From Podarcis filfolensis (taxonomy: Eukaryota): a stretch of 64,000 nt of DNA. A program made the position numbers and the translations under genes. Shown piece after piece: positions 1 to 12,049 of the stretch. The first letter of the stretch is position 1; the number at the start of each line of letters is the position of its first letter. The stretch is from NCBI GenBank assembly GCA_964270895.1, contig OZ185450.1, one strand, 5' to 3'. The notes under the pieces are model-generated. The model was not told the DNA's origin, did not search any database, and saw nothing but the letters and a program-made list of their open reading frames with translations.

Positions 1-2090
1 CCCTGTGCTAACAAGACTTGAGGGCTTGGCATGATCCAGTACCTGCATCCAAGTGGTTTCAGCTGCCAGATCAGGCCCAGGTTCATCCAGGCCACTCAGA
101 GGCTTACAAGCAGGACATGAGAACAAGAACTTTCCTCTGCTGGTGCCTCCCAGCAACAGGCAATACCCTGGCAGACTGCCTCTGCATCTGGAGGTTCTGC
201 TTACACACCCGGATCAGCAGCAGCCATTGCTAGCAAACCTCTTCTTTTCCATGAATTCGTCTATCCTCTTTTTCAAGCTAACTAAGCTGGTAACCATCAC
301 AGCAGGGGTGGTTTTTGTTTGCCTTCCAATAAATTTTACAGGGAACCCTGGCCTCTAGTACTATGGGAGAGGGAGGAAAAATCACTCCCTGCAGCCATTT
401 CTCCTGTTTGTACAAGATCTTAGTCATGCAGCCCAGAGCTTTCCAAACTGTGCAGCACGCGACATGTTAGTGTGTCGCCTGCAGTGTGTAGGTGTGTGGT
501 GTGAACGCTCCTCCTGGGGTTGGAACGGAGTTAGTTTAACCTCCGGTTTGCTAGTAAAACCAAGCTTCTGTGTCGCAAAATGATGCATGTCTGAAAAGTG
601 TGTCACCAACATGAAAAGTTTGGAAAGCTCTGATGTAGTAACACATGTTTCTGTACACACATGGCTGCCCAGCTCTCCTTCACCCCGCCAGCTGGTGGCT
701 AAGCATCCCTGGGCAAAGGAGTCTGGAGCCAGAATCAGCCTGGAAAGGTCCCATTCCCCCCAGTTCCATCACTCAAGGGGGCCGGAACCCCAATTTCTAG
801 AGCCTCCCCCTTAGGTGGAAGTTGGGGAACCCAAATTTATTATGGCAGATGGTTTTGCGGGCTTCCTCTGATGCAGGACGGACCCCCCTTCTCCTTTCCT
901 CAGGCCTGCTGGTGCCCTTAGCAGCGCCAGAGAAGACTCCAGTGAGCTGGAGGCGCCAAGGCCAGTCACCTGGATGGGAGGGGAGCCAGGGTGGAAAGGA
1001 TTATTCATCTGCAGGAAGGCCTGGCTCCAGGCGGGGCTGGAGGGCGCCAAAACCAGCACTGGGAGCTGAGCAGCTGACCCAGGCAGCCCGGCAGAGCAAG
1101 GGGGCTTTGCTCAAAGGCTGCCCTCCACCCCAGCCCCGCTGGCTGCTGCCAAATGATCCCTGCAACCCCCACCCCACCAGGCCCCCTGGCTCGCTCAGCA
1201 GCTGGCTTCTTCTTGGCTACTGGCCAGAGCCTCCCTGGGGAAGAAGGAGCTCCCTGCCCTCCTGCTGTGGTGAGAGGCAGGGATGGGGGCCTGGGGAGTG
1301 GAAGGGGGCTTTGGGTGGTGTTTCAGCAAGAAGAGGCCAAGCCCATCTGCAATGGCATGGCAGCCGGGTATGTGGGAAGTCACTGCTTCGCCACCACAAC
1401 CACAACCGGGCACTATATGGAGGTGGGGGCTGGCGACCCACACTCTCCTAGCTTCCCTGGAGCTCTTGAGACATTTCACCAAGCCCAACGCCTCTGAAAT
1501 GTCCTGGGCCAACGCAACACAGCTTCTCTGGATGCCGGCTTCTCGGTTGGCAGAGAGCACCGGAGGCAGTCGCCTTTCCCCAAGCCCCTGGCAGCTGCCC
1601 CTTCCTGGATCTAAGCGGCAGAGGAGGCTGAAGGTCACTGCATGGGCAGGCGCTGGGGACTCCCGAGGGGGAGACAGGGGGTGGGCTGCTGGGTGATGAC
1701 TCGCACAGCCTTGGCACAGCCAGCTCAGCTTTGTCACTCTCCAGCCAGGCTAAAAATATTTTGACAGCCTCCCGTCCTTGGCCTTGGCTGTGCGAAACAA
1801 CTTGTACAAGCTCCCCAACTGGGCAGGGGGTGGTGCTGGGGTGGGGGACAGGGAGGCCTCCCCAAGGCAGACCAGCCGTCTCCCCACGCTGGTGGCAAGG
1901 CCTAAAGCTCAGGCCGGCTGTGAGAGGATTTGCCCCGCTGCTCTCCTTCTTGCAGACATCCAGGCTCCCCCGCTCCCAAACTCTCTTCATCCCCCACCTT
2001 CCCTCCATGCTGCGCTTGGAACAGCTGTTTCCAAAGCCTCCTGAATTCCTGCAAACAGCATCGACCTCAGTTGAAATAACACAGCCAGGT

Positions 2091-2096
2091 TTTATT
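2091..2096 (-). terminator. candidate FZD9 polyadenylation signal AATAAA
   Basis: tttatt on + at 2091-2096, about 460 nt downstream of the FZD9 stop. Confidence 0.5.
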
Positions 2097-2557
2097 GGGG
2101 ATTCTTTCTTTCTTTCTCTCTCTCCCCCCCCACTCCCTCTTTTTCCATTTCTTTCAGCTAATGGATTTCTTCTTTAAAAAAAAAAATCTAAAATAAATTA
2201 CAGAATTAAATAAACTTGGACAAATGCTCTCTCCCATCTCGCCTCCAAAACGAAACACTGAAATAGTTGGCTGGGTTTTGGCAACGGAGGTGTTCAACCC
2301 GCAAGGCTGGGAAGCAGAGCTATATATATGATTGGGGTGGGGGGGTTGGAGGGAGGGAGGGGGGGGGCTTCCATGAGCTGCTCTCTTCAGACCCACAGCC
2401 TAACAAAGTTGCTCCCCTGCCCTCCCCAGATGCCCACAAACAGCCACTCCTTCTGCCTCCCACCATCTCCCCCCACCAAGAGATTCTCGGGAGCTCCTTG
2501 CTCCTTGACCTGCTACAAACTATGTGCACGGCTGTTTCCTGGAGGCCCCAACCTGCC

Positions 2558-4369
2558 TCAGACGTGCGTCGGGTTGTCCAGGTAAGGGTCCGTCTTGGTC
2601 ATGTGCAGCACCACAGCAGGCACCTTGTAGTGGCAGTGGGTGCCCGTGCAAGTCACCCCGCTGCAGGGCTTCCCTCTAGTCCTGCCCCCCAGTTTCCGGT
2701 TGCAGAGGTTCTGCCAGGTCTGCAGGGTCTTGGAGCTCCACACCCAGACCCCACTGGTGATGCCCACCACCAGGGACATGAAGATCTTGAGCATGAAGAT
2801 GGCCACAGTGGGCACGGAGGCCTCCAGGGTGCAGTCTAGGCTGCGGCGCCCGGGGAAAGGCAGGCACCCGTGCTCCAAGGCCCGGAGAGTCCAATACTCC
2901 ACGTTGAGGCGCTCGTAGAAGTAGCAGACGATGACGCAGGTGGCCGGGACGGTGTAGAGGATGGAGAAGACACCAATCTTGACCATCAGCTTCTCCAGCT
3001 TCTCCGTGTTGGTGCCTCCCGTCTTCATGATCTTGCGGATGTGGAAGAGGGCGACGAAGCCAGTCAGGATGAAGGAGGTGCCCACTACCAGGTAGCAGGA
3101 CAGCGGGATGAGGACAAAGCCCGTCAGGGCGGCCACGTCCAGGCTGGCCACGTAGCAGAGGCCCGTCAGCTCGTCACCGGCCACCTTGCGCATGGTGAGG
3201 ATGACGATGGTCTTCATGGCGGGGACCCCCCAGGCGGCCAGGTGGAAGTAGCTGCTGTGCGCCTCAATGGCCTCGTGGCCCCACTTCTTCCCAGCTGCCA
3301 GGAACCAGGTCAAGGTGAGCACCACCCACCAGAGGGACGAGGCCATGCCGAAGTAATAGAGCAGGAGGAAGACCAGGGTGCAGCCCGTGCTCTCCAGGCC
3401 CTCCTGGATGACGTAGAGCTGCCCGTCCTCACGGTCGCATGCAATGGCCTCTGCGCCGGCCACCGAGCGGATGAGGAAGGCCACCGAGTAGACGTTGTAG
3501 CACATGGAGAGGAAGATGATGGGCCGCTCCGGGTACTGGAAGCGCTGGGGCTCCAGCAGGAAAGTCAGCACTGTGAAGGCGGTGGAGGCGAAGCAGAGCG
3601 TGGCCCACACGGCCATCCAGATGAAGGCGAAGTCCTTGTCGCGACGCGCCCAGTACACGTCCACTCCCGGGGAGCAGCGCGGGGCGCACGACGCGCTCTT
3701 GGCCACGAACTGGAACTTGTCGCCGTTAGCGCACGGGCCTCCCGGAGCCGAGCCGGGCGGGCTGCCTGCCGGAGGGGGCCTGCCCTCGACGGCGGGCCGG
3801 GCCGGGCGAGGGGCCACCGGGAGCATGCCGGCTCCGCGCTGGGGCTCGGCGGTGGCGTTCTCGGGCGCCTCCATGCACAGCGCGTGCGGGTCGTGCTTGG
3901 TGGGCAGGCGGGCGCAGTCGAGCGCCTCGGGCCAGCCGAAGTGGAAGTGCGCCATGATGGGCGCGCAGCGCTGGCGCGCCTGCTCGCACATGGGCCGGCA
4001 GGCCGGGATGCTGCTGGACACCTGGTCGGTGCACATGGGCGCGTAGAGCGAGCACAGGAAGAAGAGCAGGTGGCCGTGGCAGCCGTAAGCCACCAGCGGC
4101 GCGAACTCGTGCAGCTTGAGCGCCGCCTCGCCCTGGTGCTCGTGCCCCAGCAGGTTCGGCATGCGCGTCAGGTTGTAGCCGATCCCCTGGCACATCGGGA
4201 TCTCGATGGCCTGGCAGCGCCCCGAGCCGCGACCGCCGCCCAGCCGCTCCGACGCGTCGTACGCCCCGACGCCCGCGCCGCCCAGCAGCTCCAGCGCCCG
4301 GGCGCCCGGGGACGCCGCCACCAACATCGCCAGCAGGACCCGCAGCGGCAGCGGCAGCAGCCCGGCCAT
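2558..4369 (-). CDS. FZD9: Frizzled-9, intronless, 603 aa
   Basis: Signal peptide MAGLLPLPLRVLLAML, Cys-rich CRD (CQAIEIPMCQGIGYNLT...), 7 hydrophobic segments, KTxxxW motif (KTLQTW), FZD9-type C-terminus KTDPYLDNPTHV. ATG at 4369 in strong context (GGCATGG); the ORF-track start at 4459 is a GTG. Confidence 0.97.
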   Translation of the reverse strand: MAGLLPLPLRVLLAMLVAASPGARALELLGGAGVGAYDASERLGGGRGSGRCQAIEIPMCQGIGYNLTRMPNLLGHEHQGEAALKLHEFAPLVAYGCHGHLLFFLCSLYAPMCTDQVSSSIPACRPMCEQARQRCAPIMAHFHFGWPEALDCARLPTKHDPHALCMEAPENATAEPQRGAGMLPVAPRPARPAVEGRPPPAGSPPGSAPGGPCANGDKFQFVAKSASCAPRCSPGVDVYWARRDKDFAFIWMAVWATLCFASTAFTVLTFLLEPQRFQYPERPIIFLSMCYNVYSVAFLIRSVAGAEAIACDREDGQLYVIQEGLESTGCTLVFLLLYYFGMASSLWWVVLTLTWFLAAGKKWGHEAIEAHSSYFHLAAWGVPAMKTIVILTMRKVAGDELTGLCYVASLDVAALTGFVLIPLSCYLVVGTSFILTGFVALFHIRKIMKTGGTNTEKLEKLMVKIGVFSILYTVPATCVIVCYFYERLNVEYWTLRALEHGCLPFPGRRSLDCTLEASVPTVAIFMLKIFMSLVVGITSGVWVWSSKTLQTWQNLCNRKLGGRTRGKPCSGVTCTGTHCHYKVPAVVLHMTKTDPYLDNPTHV

Positions 4370-4720
4370 GCCTCGCGGCGACGACCACGACCACGGAGCC
4401 GGCCGCCGCTCCCGATCACCGCCACCGCATGGCGCGTCACCAGCTCCCCGTGCGCCCACACGGCCGGCGCTCCGCTCGTGGGCGCCTCCGCCGCGCCAGC
4501 AGCGCCGCTACACCCTCGGGAGGCGGGCCCGGCGCCGGCGGGACACACCCCGCGCGGGGCGGAGCGCGGGAGGAGGAGGAGCGGGAGGCGGCAGCTGCTC
4601 GGGCAGCGCGCCTCCCGGGAAGCCGCGACGGGCCGGCGCTCTGCACGGGCTCAGAGGCGCTGTCGGCTTCCTCAAGCCGGCTTGCACTCTGCTCTGCCCC
4701 TGCCAGCCCATGTTGTTTCT
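3400..4720. promoter_or_regulatory. CpG island over FZD9 promoter and 5' CDS
   Basis: Very GC- and CpG-dense by eye; boundaries approximate. Confidence 0.85.
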
Positions 4721-6535
4721 TCCTTTCTGCTGCTGCCAAGGGTGGGGAGAGCCATTGGGGCGGGAGCCTGACACGTGAAGCGGCATTGTGTGAGTGGCAG
4801 AGCGAAGACACGGCCAGGTCGACGCAGAGTGGAAGCTCCGCCCGCACTATCGACCTTCCCTCTCATCTCCCTGTCTCGAAAAGCACCAGATTCAGTTTGT
4901 GGGATGTTTGTGTGTCTGTCTCTAAGGGCGCCCCTCAAGGTAGTCCCTCGAGGGTCCCAGTTAATTTTTGGAAGTGGCTGAAGTTTTCGTACTCCTAATC
5001 CAGGGCCGGCCCTCTCCTTGGGCAACTGGCCAGTTGTGCCATGAGAAACGAGCAAATTGTGAGTTGGCTTCTCTCTTTACTCCCAGGGAGAGTTGCTTGT
5101 GGGGTTTTCTCTCCCCTGGGTGCCCAAATGATGGAGCCAGGCATGGGAACTTTGCACCCCCTGACCTTGGGAGGGGTCTGTGTGGCATTTGTGGTACTGC
5201 ATCAAACAGGAAAATGCCACCTTGGACCCTGAAATAAAACAGTCCCACTACACGGGTGTAAGTCAAACGGTGACAGGAACCATTTCTTCCCTAGAGTTGG
5301 AGGCAAGGTTAGGGGGCTAACCAGGGAGTGTTAGGAGTGAGATGGTGGGCAGCCCACTAGTGGCAGCAGAAACCTAGAGAGATCTGCCCCAAGGAGCACA
5401 GATAATGCAGCAGGGAATTTTGTGCAACAAACTGGGAAGGAATGCCATTCAAATCCCTGCTTGCTATCTAGATTTGCAAACTTGTGCAGGAGAATGAAAC
5501 CCAAAAGCACCTCCTTGGGTGCAGCTGTCATGTCAAAAGCCACCCTAGGTCTTCATTTAATTAACCAAATTTATATACCACTTGATTCCATCTATAAAAA
5601 AACTCAATCTTTGCTTCTGCAGGCCCCTATAAAGCAGCCCCTCAGGCTTTAAGTGAGCCCAAGGATCCTTCTGAGAACTCTTGAAGCAGCAAAATAGATC
5701 TCTGTCTCTCTTTCTCTGGGATTCTTTCTAAAAAAACACCCTCTTCTTGACCCTCAGGAAGCAGAAGACTGCATCAGAAGGACAGCCAGAGACAAGCAGA
5801 GGGCCGTTCCTCTTTCCATGGGAAGGGGAGGGGGTGGGTGGGCATGTTTAATGTATTAGGGCATCTTTAGAAAACGGCTTTGAAGATGAAACAGCCTCTG
5901 TTTAAGTGCCTGGGACTATTATGTATGTGTCACACGTAGGCAAGAACCAGGGAGATGCCGGGATCTGCTCAGCAAAAGCTGATCATAAACAGAATATTTA
6001 ATCACCAGCCTGCCCCTAACAGGCCTCCTCCTCCTCCTCTTAGACACAAATAATCCAGCAAAAATGGGTGACTCCCCCTCCCAACACAGCTGCACTGATT
6101 GAGGGGATGGTTAGGAGAGCCCTACTTCTGTGATATGGGGGGCTTTTGCACCCAGCTCGTGACACAGATGGTCCCCCCATGGCTCCTGTCATTTCAGGGA
6201 TTCAGAGTCCTTGCCCTTGGATCTCTCCTGAGTCGGTGTCAGGCTGAAAGCGACACTGGCCTGTGGAACTCATGGCTGCATGAAAAGGGAACACACTGCC
6301 ATGTGCACAGGGTTACTGTGTGGGAGGTTCTATACTGTGTGGGATGTGTAGGATGCAGTGCGACCTAGAGGCTGAGGTCCCTTCACCCCCCCATAAAATA
6401 TTTGAGGGGGTCAGCCCCCCCAGTTGATGGGCATTGCCATACAAATGGCATGTGTGTGCTGCCTCATGTGATTATGTGGGACAGGGCTTACTTGGTCCCC
6501 CTTATTTTATTCAAGTTGGCACCCCTAACAGCCAT

Positions 6536-6637
6536 CATGGCTAATAGCCATCAATAGCCCTCTCCTCCATGAATTTGTCAAGTCCTCTTTTTAAGTTAGT
6601 GGCCATCACTGCCTCCTGCAGCAAAGAGTTCCAGAGT
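6536..6637 (-). mobile_element. CR1 LINE 3' fragment
   Basis: Minus strand reads LWNSLLQEAVMATNL-KRGLDKFMEERAIDGY*, typical of the CR1 ORF2 C-terminus. Confidence 0.75.
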
Positions 6638-6653
6638 GGGTTGACACCCAAGC

Positions 6654-6975
6654 TAGGGTTGCCATATTTCAGGACACCCTGAAAGTTGTTGAGCTTTTTT
6701 AAGACAAACCCCAAAGTTGTTGAGCAAAAAGACCATGGTTTTTAAATTGCAGGTAGGTAGCCGTGTTGGTCTGCCATAGTTGAAACAAAATAAAAAATAC
6801 ATAAACTTAGTTGGTCTCTAAGGTGCTACTGGAAGGAATTTTTTTATTTTGTTTTTAAATTGGATTGCCTAAGATCCAAATCAAGGAGCCACTTTTCAGA
6901 CACCCCCCCCCCATGTCAATCCCGCCTTTGAAATCCCGGTAATGTCTGGGAAAATCTGGACGTATGGCAGCTCTA
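6654..6975. mobile_element. MITE with imperfect TIRs, interrupted by a Penelope-like fragment
   Basis: tagggttgccata at the left end; tatggcagctcta at the right end (reverse complement tagagctgccata). Confidence 0.55.
6750..6855. mobile_element. Penelope-like element terminal fragment with internal inversion
   Basis: Shares aaacttagttggtctctaaggtgctactgga with the copy at 35102; its caggtaggtagccgtgttggtctg is the reverse complement of that copy's end. Confidence 0.7.
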
Positions 6976-6989
6976 ATCCAAGCAATAGC

Positions 6990-7068
6990 TCAGCTGTCCC
7001 ATATGGGGATTGAACCTGCAACCTTGGCATTATCCGCTCCACGCTCTAACCATCGGAGCTATCCAGGC
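6990..7068 (-). mobile_element. tRNA-Ile-like SINE head / tRNA pseudogene
   Basis: Reverse complement tagctccgatggttagagcgtgg...ggttgcaggttcaatcccc has A- and B-box-like segments but a degenerate acceptor stem. Confidence 0.6.
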
Positions 7069-8097
7069 TGACTGTTTGACTACCCATGCTGAAATCTGGA
7101 CCTTTACAAATAAAGGGCACCAAATATTTAACTTGGTAGGTTAAACTGAAATGCCTCACAGTTTCCACTAAATCACACCTGAGCACTCCAAAATGCTGGG
7201 GTTGGGGAAACTCTGGTTTCAGCCATCCCCATCACCACACTGATTTTTCAGGTGCCTCCCTGGTCCAGTCTCACCAGAAAACCTCAGATGTGGCCTAAAA
7301 TCCAAACTTGTGAGGCTGTGAGATGCCCTTTCACTCAACATTTTGGTGAGATGGCAGAAGCTGGATCGCTTGAGTCTGGGTCCCACAATTCCCACAGATG
7401 GCAGAAAGTCAAGAGGTCCGTTTGCGCTCTGGATTCAATTGCTTTGTGCCATTACTTCTGTCTGAAATAGCACATTAAAAAGTACCGCAAAAATAAGTGG
7501 ATCTCGCACAGGGGAAGAGAGAGGGGGCATCCTTTCATTGCCTGTGCATGGTTCCCTCTAGGAAGAACTGGCTACCAGCAGCAAAGGCATCTCTGCCTGT
7601 TGGACGGATCCCAGAGAAACACGTCCGGCTATGTTGATTTCAAAGCCTGGTTGAGTGACTGTGGCAGCTGTCAGAGATCCTGTGGTGTCCACTCCACAGG
7701 CACACACAAAAGGCACCATCTCAGTTCAGGGGAATGCAGTTTCCTTGAAGAGAGAGAACAACGGAGACCAAGGACACCTTTTGTTATAAGCTGTTTATTC
7801 AGAAATCTGCAAGTCAAGCAGGGAGCTGAGTAAGTGCGCTGGCAGGTGGGCAGGGCAAGTCTTTTGAAAACACCTAGGACACCTGATGCTGGGGAGCAAC
7901 TGAGGACCTGCTTTTCTCTTGCTTTCTCCAGTCAGATTCAAAGATGGCGCCATCCCATGGATCAGGTGGGATGGATAAAGTCATTCTTTCCCGCTGAAAA
8001 AACTGGGTCCAAAAACATTCCTGAGTACTTCATGCAATGAAGATAACATTGCAAAGATAAACACTATTTGGGGGGGGGGGATTGGAAAACCACTATT

Positions 8098-8098
8098 A

Positions 8099-8143
<45 letters not shown>

Positions 8144-8162
8144 TATTATTATTATTATTATT
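8098..8162. repeat. (AAT)n followed by (ATT)n microsatellite
   Basis: Directly visible. Confidence 0.95.
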
Positions 8163-8574
8163 CCACAGACAGGGACTCAAGGTGCCTTAAAGCAACACAG
8201 AAGAAATACTAAAAGCTAAGCACGTATGAAAGATAACCATTAAAAAGTAATTAAACTCTAACAGAATTAAAGCAATTTAAAAATTAAAATGGAGAGACTA
8301 GAAGCAGAGCAGGGGTATTAAAAGTCCTTTCCTTAAAAAACCAACACAGTCAGTTCCCAAAGACCTGTCTTCACTTGCTGGCAGAAGGACAGCAAGGAGG
8401 GAGCCAGTCTGACATCGCTAGGGAGGGAGTTTCAAAGCCTTGAAGCATGCTCTGGTTTCAGCAGGGGTAGCTAACTTGGTCCCCTGCAGATGTTGCTGGA
8501 CTGCAAAACTTCCCATCCCCCTTGGCCATGCTGGAGCGAATGGGACTTATAAGAGCCCATCCACATCTGGAGCC

Positions 8575-8778
8575 CTGGGGCTGAATGTGGGAGACCTAGG
8601 TTCAAATCTCCGCTCAGCCATGAAACTCACAGGCCAATCACTGTCTCTGGGCTTAAGCCTACCTCACAGGGTTGTTGTGAGGATAAAATGGGGGAAAGGA
8701 GAGAATTACATGCGCCACCTTGACCTTTTGGGAGGGGAAGAAAAGGTGGGATATAAATGTGATTAATAAACTAATAAG
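8575..8778 (+). mobile_element. CORE/MIR-like SINE
   Basis: cctacctcacagggttgttgtgaggataaa core shared with the copy at 13332. Confidence 0.6.
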
Positions 8779-8884
8779 CCAGGGCAGTATATTGCCACAG
8801 GAACTAAATAAATAGAGACGTTTCAAGCATGGCAAAATATGTCAGGTCTGTCTTTCCCCTTCTGGGGCTGGAGATGGTATCTCT

Positions 8885-8950
8885 GAAGTGCTGCATTGCA
8901 GGGGGTTGGACTAGATGACCCTTAGTATCCTTTCCAATTCTATGATTCTG
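8885..8950 (+). mobile_element. CR1 extreme 3' end
   Basis: ggggttggactagatgacc...ttccaattctatgattct, the CR1 terminal motif. Confidence 0.7.
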
Positions 8951-10889
8951 ATTTGCCTATGTGTATATTGAAGAGGGCAGCAGACGAGCACTTCTGGAGC
9001 CACAGTGTCCTGACAGGTTCTCTGAGTCTATTGGATGTTTCTCTAGGAAGCTGCTGGACTGCATCACAGAAATATTGCAAGTCTCTCCAGTGACAGCATT
9101 CAAAGGAAACCACCCCGGGGAATGTGCTGGGACCCCTGAAAACCACTATTCACTCTGGAGACTGCCATGCATGTAACAATGGCATAAACTTCCATGGACT
9201 GGAGTGAGGAAGCGCTTCCACTAGTCTTTGATCTTCTAGCTGCTGGAGACCAACCCTCTCTGCCCCTCTCTGAAAGTTGTGCGTCGCTGAGGCAGGCAAG
9301 AGTTAACAGGCTCCTGACGACACACAAACACAAAATGCATGCCTTTTAATTTAATTTAGCTTTAATATGTAAAACTGTTGCTCTTGGCCAGAGGCACCAA
9401 GGCTTGGCCAAGAGTAATCATGTGGCTTTCGGAGTCAATGCACGCTTTTAAACTCGCAAGTCAGGCTATCAGGCAGGGCACAGAGTGGTGGGCCATCATC
9501 ATTCATACGCAACACATCCCCTTGGGACCCTTTCAAAGGGGCTGCTCCCCAAATGCATGGGTGGGGGGTAGGAACCCAAGGCTGAGGGAGGTTGCTGGCC
9601 CCCCTCCCTTGCTTGCTGCCAGGCTACTAACCCTTTTCATCTGGCTCCAAATGTTAACTGTCTCTGCTCCTATGTGAGTTGCCCTATCCTTAGGCAGGAG
9701 CCATCTCAGAAGGAAGCTGGCCCTATGGCTGCTGGCACACATCTCCAGACACATCCTGGCTGCTGGGACAACACCAGGAGGCCCCAGCCAGACCTAGTAA
9801 CCCGCTAAAAGGGTGGTGGGCAGCAGGATGAGCTGCGGGGCTTGCAGGGAAAACAGGGGCAGCAAGGGCTCCTGGACTGTACCTGGGGCTGAGTGTGACC
9901 AGCCTCACTTGTGGACACTCCTTCTTTTACACACTTGCTGTTCGCATCACCGTCCATCTCTATCTCACCACTCAGAGGCTGTTTCCAGAAGCAGCTTTTC
10001 TTCCTGCCTCAGAGCCCCTGAAACCAGCTCAGCCTCTGAAGACAAAGGTTGCCTCCAGACCATCAAGCATTTAAAAAGTGTGGGACAAACAGGGAGACAT
10101 ATAAGCCCCTTAAAGCAAGTCAGGATGAGTGCAGGATGGATGATGCTCCTTGCCATATAACTGCTCCACAGGCAAATCATTGCCTTGGGGCTGATAGGAT
10201 TGCAGTCCAAAGGATCTGGAGAACTTCAGGTTGGGAAAAGGTGCTCTAGAGAGGGTCCTGGCTGCATGTACAACCCGTCTCAGGGGAGCAGCCCTGTTTC
10301 TTGCTTGCTGAAATGGCCCCTTTCCCATCGGCAACCCTCCCTTTGCCAGGCCTGGAAGTCTTTCGGGGAAAGGCAAAATGCTCTCGGCGGAGGGACAGAT
10401 CACCTTTCTTCATAGCCCTGGAAGGGATTCCAATATCAATAGACAGAAGAAAGGAGGCATAGAACTCGGATGGGGAGCCTGCCCAGAGTCCTTTTGGGAT
10501 GGAAGGGGCAGCAGACGCAGGCAAGGCTGTATCTCAGGAAGCCGGGAGACTGTGGTTCCTGGCGCCTGTGCAGCAGCTCACTTCCTCCCTGCCGGTTGGA
10601 CTTGGAAACCTGCACAAGGAAAGGAGGGAAGATTGGACCAGGAGGCATCCCGGCAGAGCCATGCGTTGGAGTTGAGAGGAAGGAGGCCGAGCCTCTTCCA
10701 TCTGCCTCCAGCAAGCCTGCAGACTGAGACCCTTGTGTTATCCAGCCCTGCTCTTTGCCCCCTTTTGACAGCGTCCTGAGGAATGTTGGTGGGAGGAAGG
10801 AAAAGAGGGAGGCAATAGCACAGTACAAGCAGAAGCAAGGTGGCATGGCCAGAAGAGGTACCAGAAGGCCAGAACCAAAGGATGGAAAG

Positions 10890-11050
10890 GCTGTAGCTCA
10901 GCTGCCTTGCATACAGGAGCTTCAGTCTCCCTGGTGGCATTTCCAGATAGGGCTGAAAGAGACCTTGGAAAGCTGCTGCCAGTCAGTGCAGACAATGCTG
11001 AGCAAGAAAGACTCCAAGGGTCTGACTCAGTATAAGACAGTTCCCATGTT
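10890..11050 (+). mobile_element. tRNA-derived SINE (Squam3-like), degenerate
   Basis: tgtagctcag head; gctgctgccagtcagtgcagacaat and tctgactcagtataag body shared with other copies in the window. Confidence 0.55.
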
Positions 11051-11344
11051 TTCCAATGAGATGATAGTGGCAAGCAACAGAATGCCAGGAAGAAAGAGAC
11101 CTATGAATAAGAGGGGTGGGGTGGGGTGTATGGGGTGTTGGGGGAAGGGTGGTACTTCTTCTGGGGGACACTGTGTGCTTCTTCTGGGGTAGTTTAGTCC
11201 CCACCCTGCACTCGCCTGTGGCTTCTAAAAGCTGTCAGCATGAGACAGGGGCACACCCCAGGAACGGTTTTGACTGAGCAGCTAAACCAGAGGAGAGCCA
11301 ATGGGTCTCAAATCCTTGGAAGTTAGGGTTCCAAGTTAGGGTTG

Positions 11345-11710
11345 CATGCGAAGACAGGCTTTAGAACATTGAGTGACGAGACCAACAGTGGGCCCAATGG
11401 CCAAGAAGGTGGTGTCTGAATGTGCTGTAGAGGGAAGTGAGGGGCAGATGGGGCTTATCAACCTGGGAAGGTAGCTCATCTAGAAGGAAAACTCTGGTCC
11501 TAAACCTCTGCTACCTTTTGGGATGCCTTCGGGAGCCAAATACAGAGTGGAGTCCCTAAGATGGTGCCTTGCATGCCTCCTTCTGGCAATTCCTGCAGCC
11601 AAGCTAGCACCAAACATATTGCTTTGACTTCCTTTGGACCACATCAGCGAGGCCAAGATGGGGGTCTTGTCAATTGGGCAGCCCAAGACCTCTGTATACA
11701 CTGTGCCCCA
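11345..11710 (+). mobile_element. interspersed repeat, possibly an RTE-clade LINE fragment
   Basis: Recognised only loosely from gggaaggtagctcatctagaaggaaaactctggtcctaaacc; family assignment uncertain. Confidence 0.3.
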
Positions 11711-12049
11711 GGGAGGTCACTTTAGTGCTGGTAATGCAGCAGTTTGACACACACACCCCGAGCCACACTTCATTGTTTCTCAAGACAGATGGATGCCAAC
11801 AAAACAAGGGGGGGAGAGGACTCTGGGCCAGGCATCCAAAGAGGTGATGATAATGGGGAGGACCTCTGCATTTTACATATCCATTGGAACAAACCTGCAA
11901 TGACTTCGTGCTCCAAGGCCTTCAAATGTCCCATCTGAGACAGGATATAAAGCAGAGAGAAGCCATCCCATCCTATTCCATCTGCCTGTTTTTGGCCAGC
12001 CCCCTGCCTACACCCTCTGCCTGCCCTCCTGACTTAACAAGGATTGGCA

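Noticed and set aside
1-2050. Several 70-210 aa ORFs; possible BAZ1B coding exons
   Set aside because: No bromodomain or BAZ1B C-terminal sequence recognised; GC-rich ORF noise, possibly UTR.
4370-4459. 30-aa N-terminal extension of FZD9 in the ORF track
   Set aside because: Starts at GTG in weak context and would precede a normal signal peptide that begins at ATG 4369.
2870-4771. 633-aa + strand ORF antisense to FZD9
   Set aside because: Shadow of a GC-rich coding sequence; starts at a non-ATG codon and has no recognisable domain.
6990-7068. Functional tRNA-Ile gene
   Set aside because: Acceptor and anticodon stems are degenerate and it runs into SINE-type sequence.
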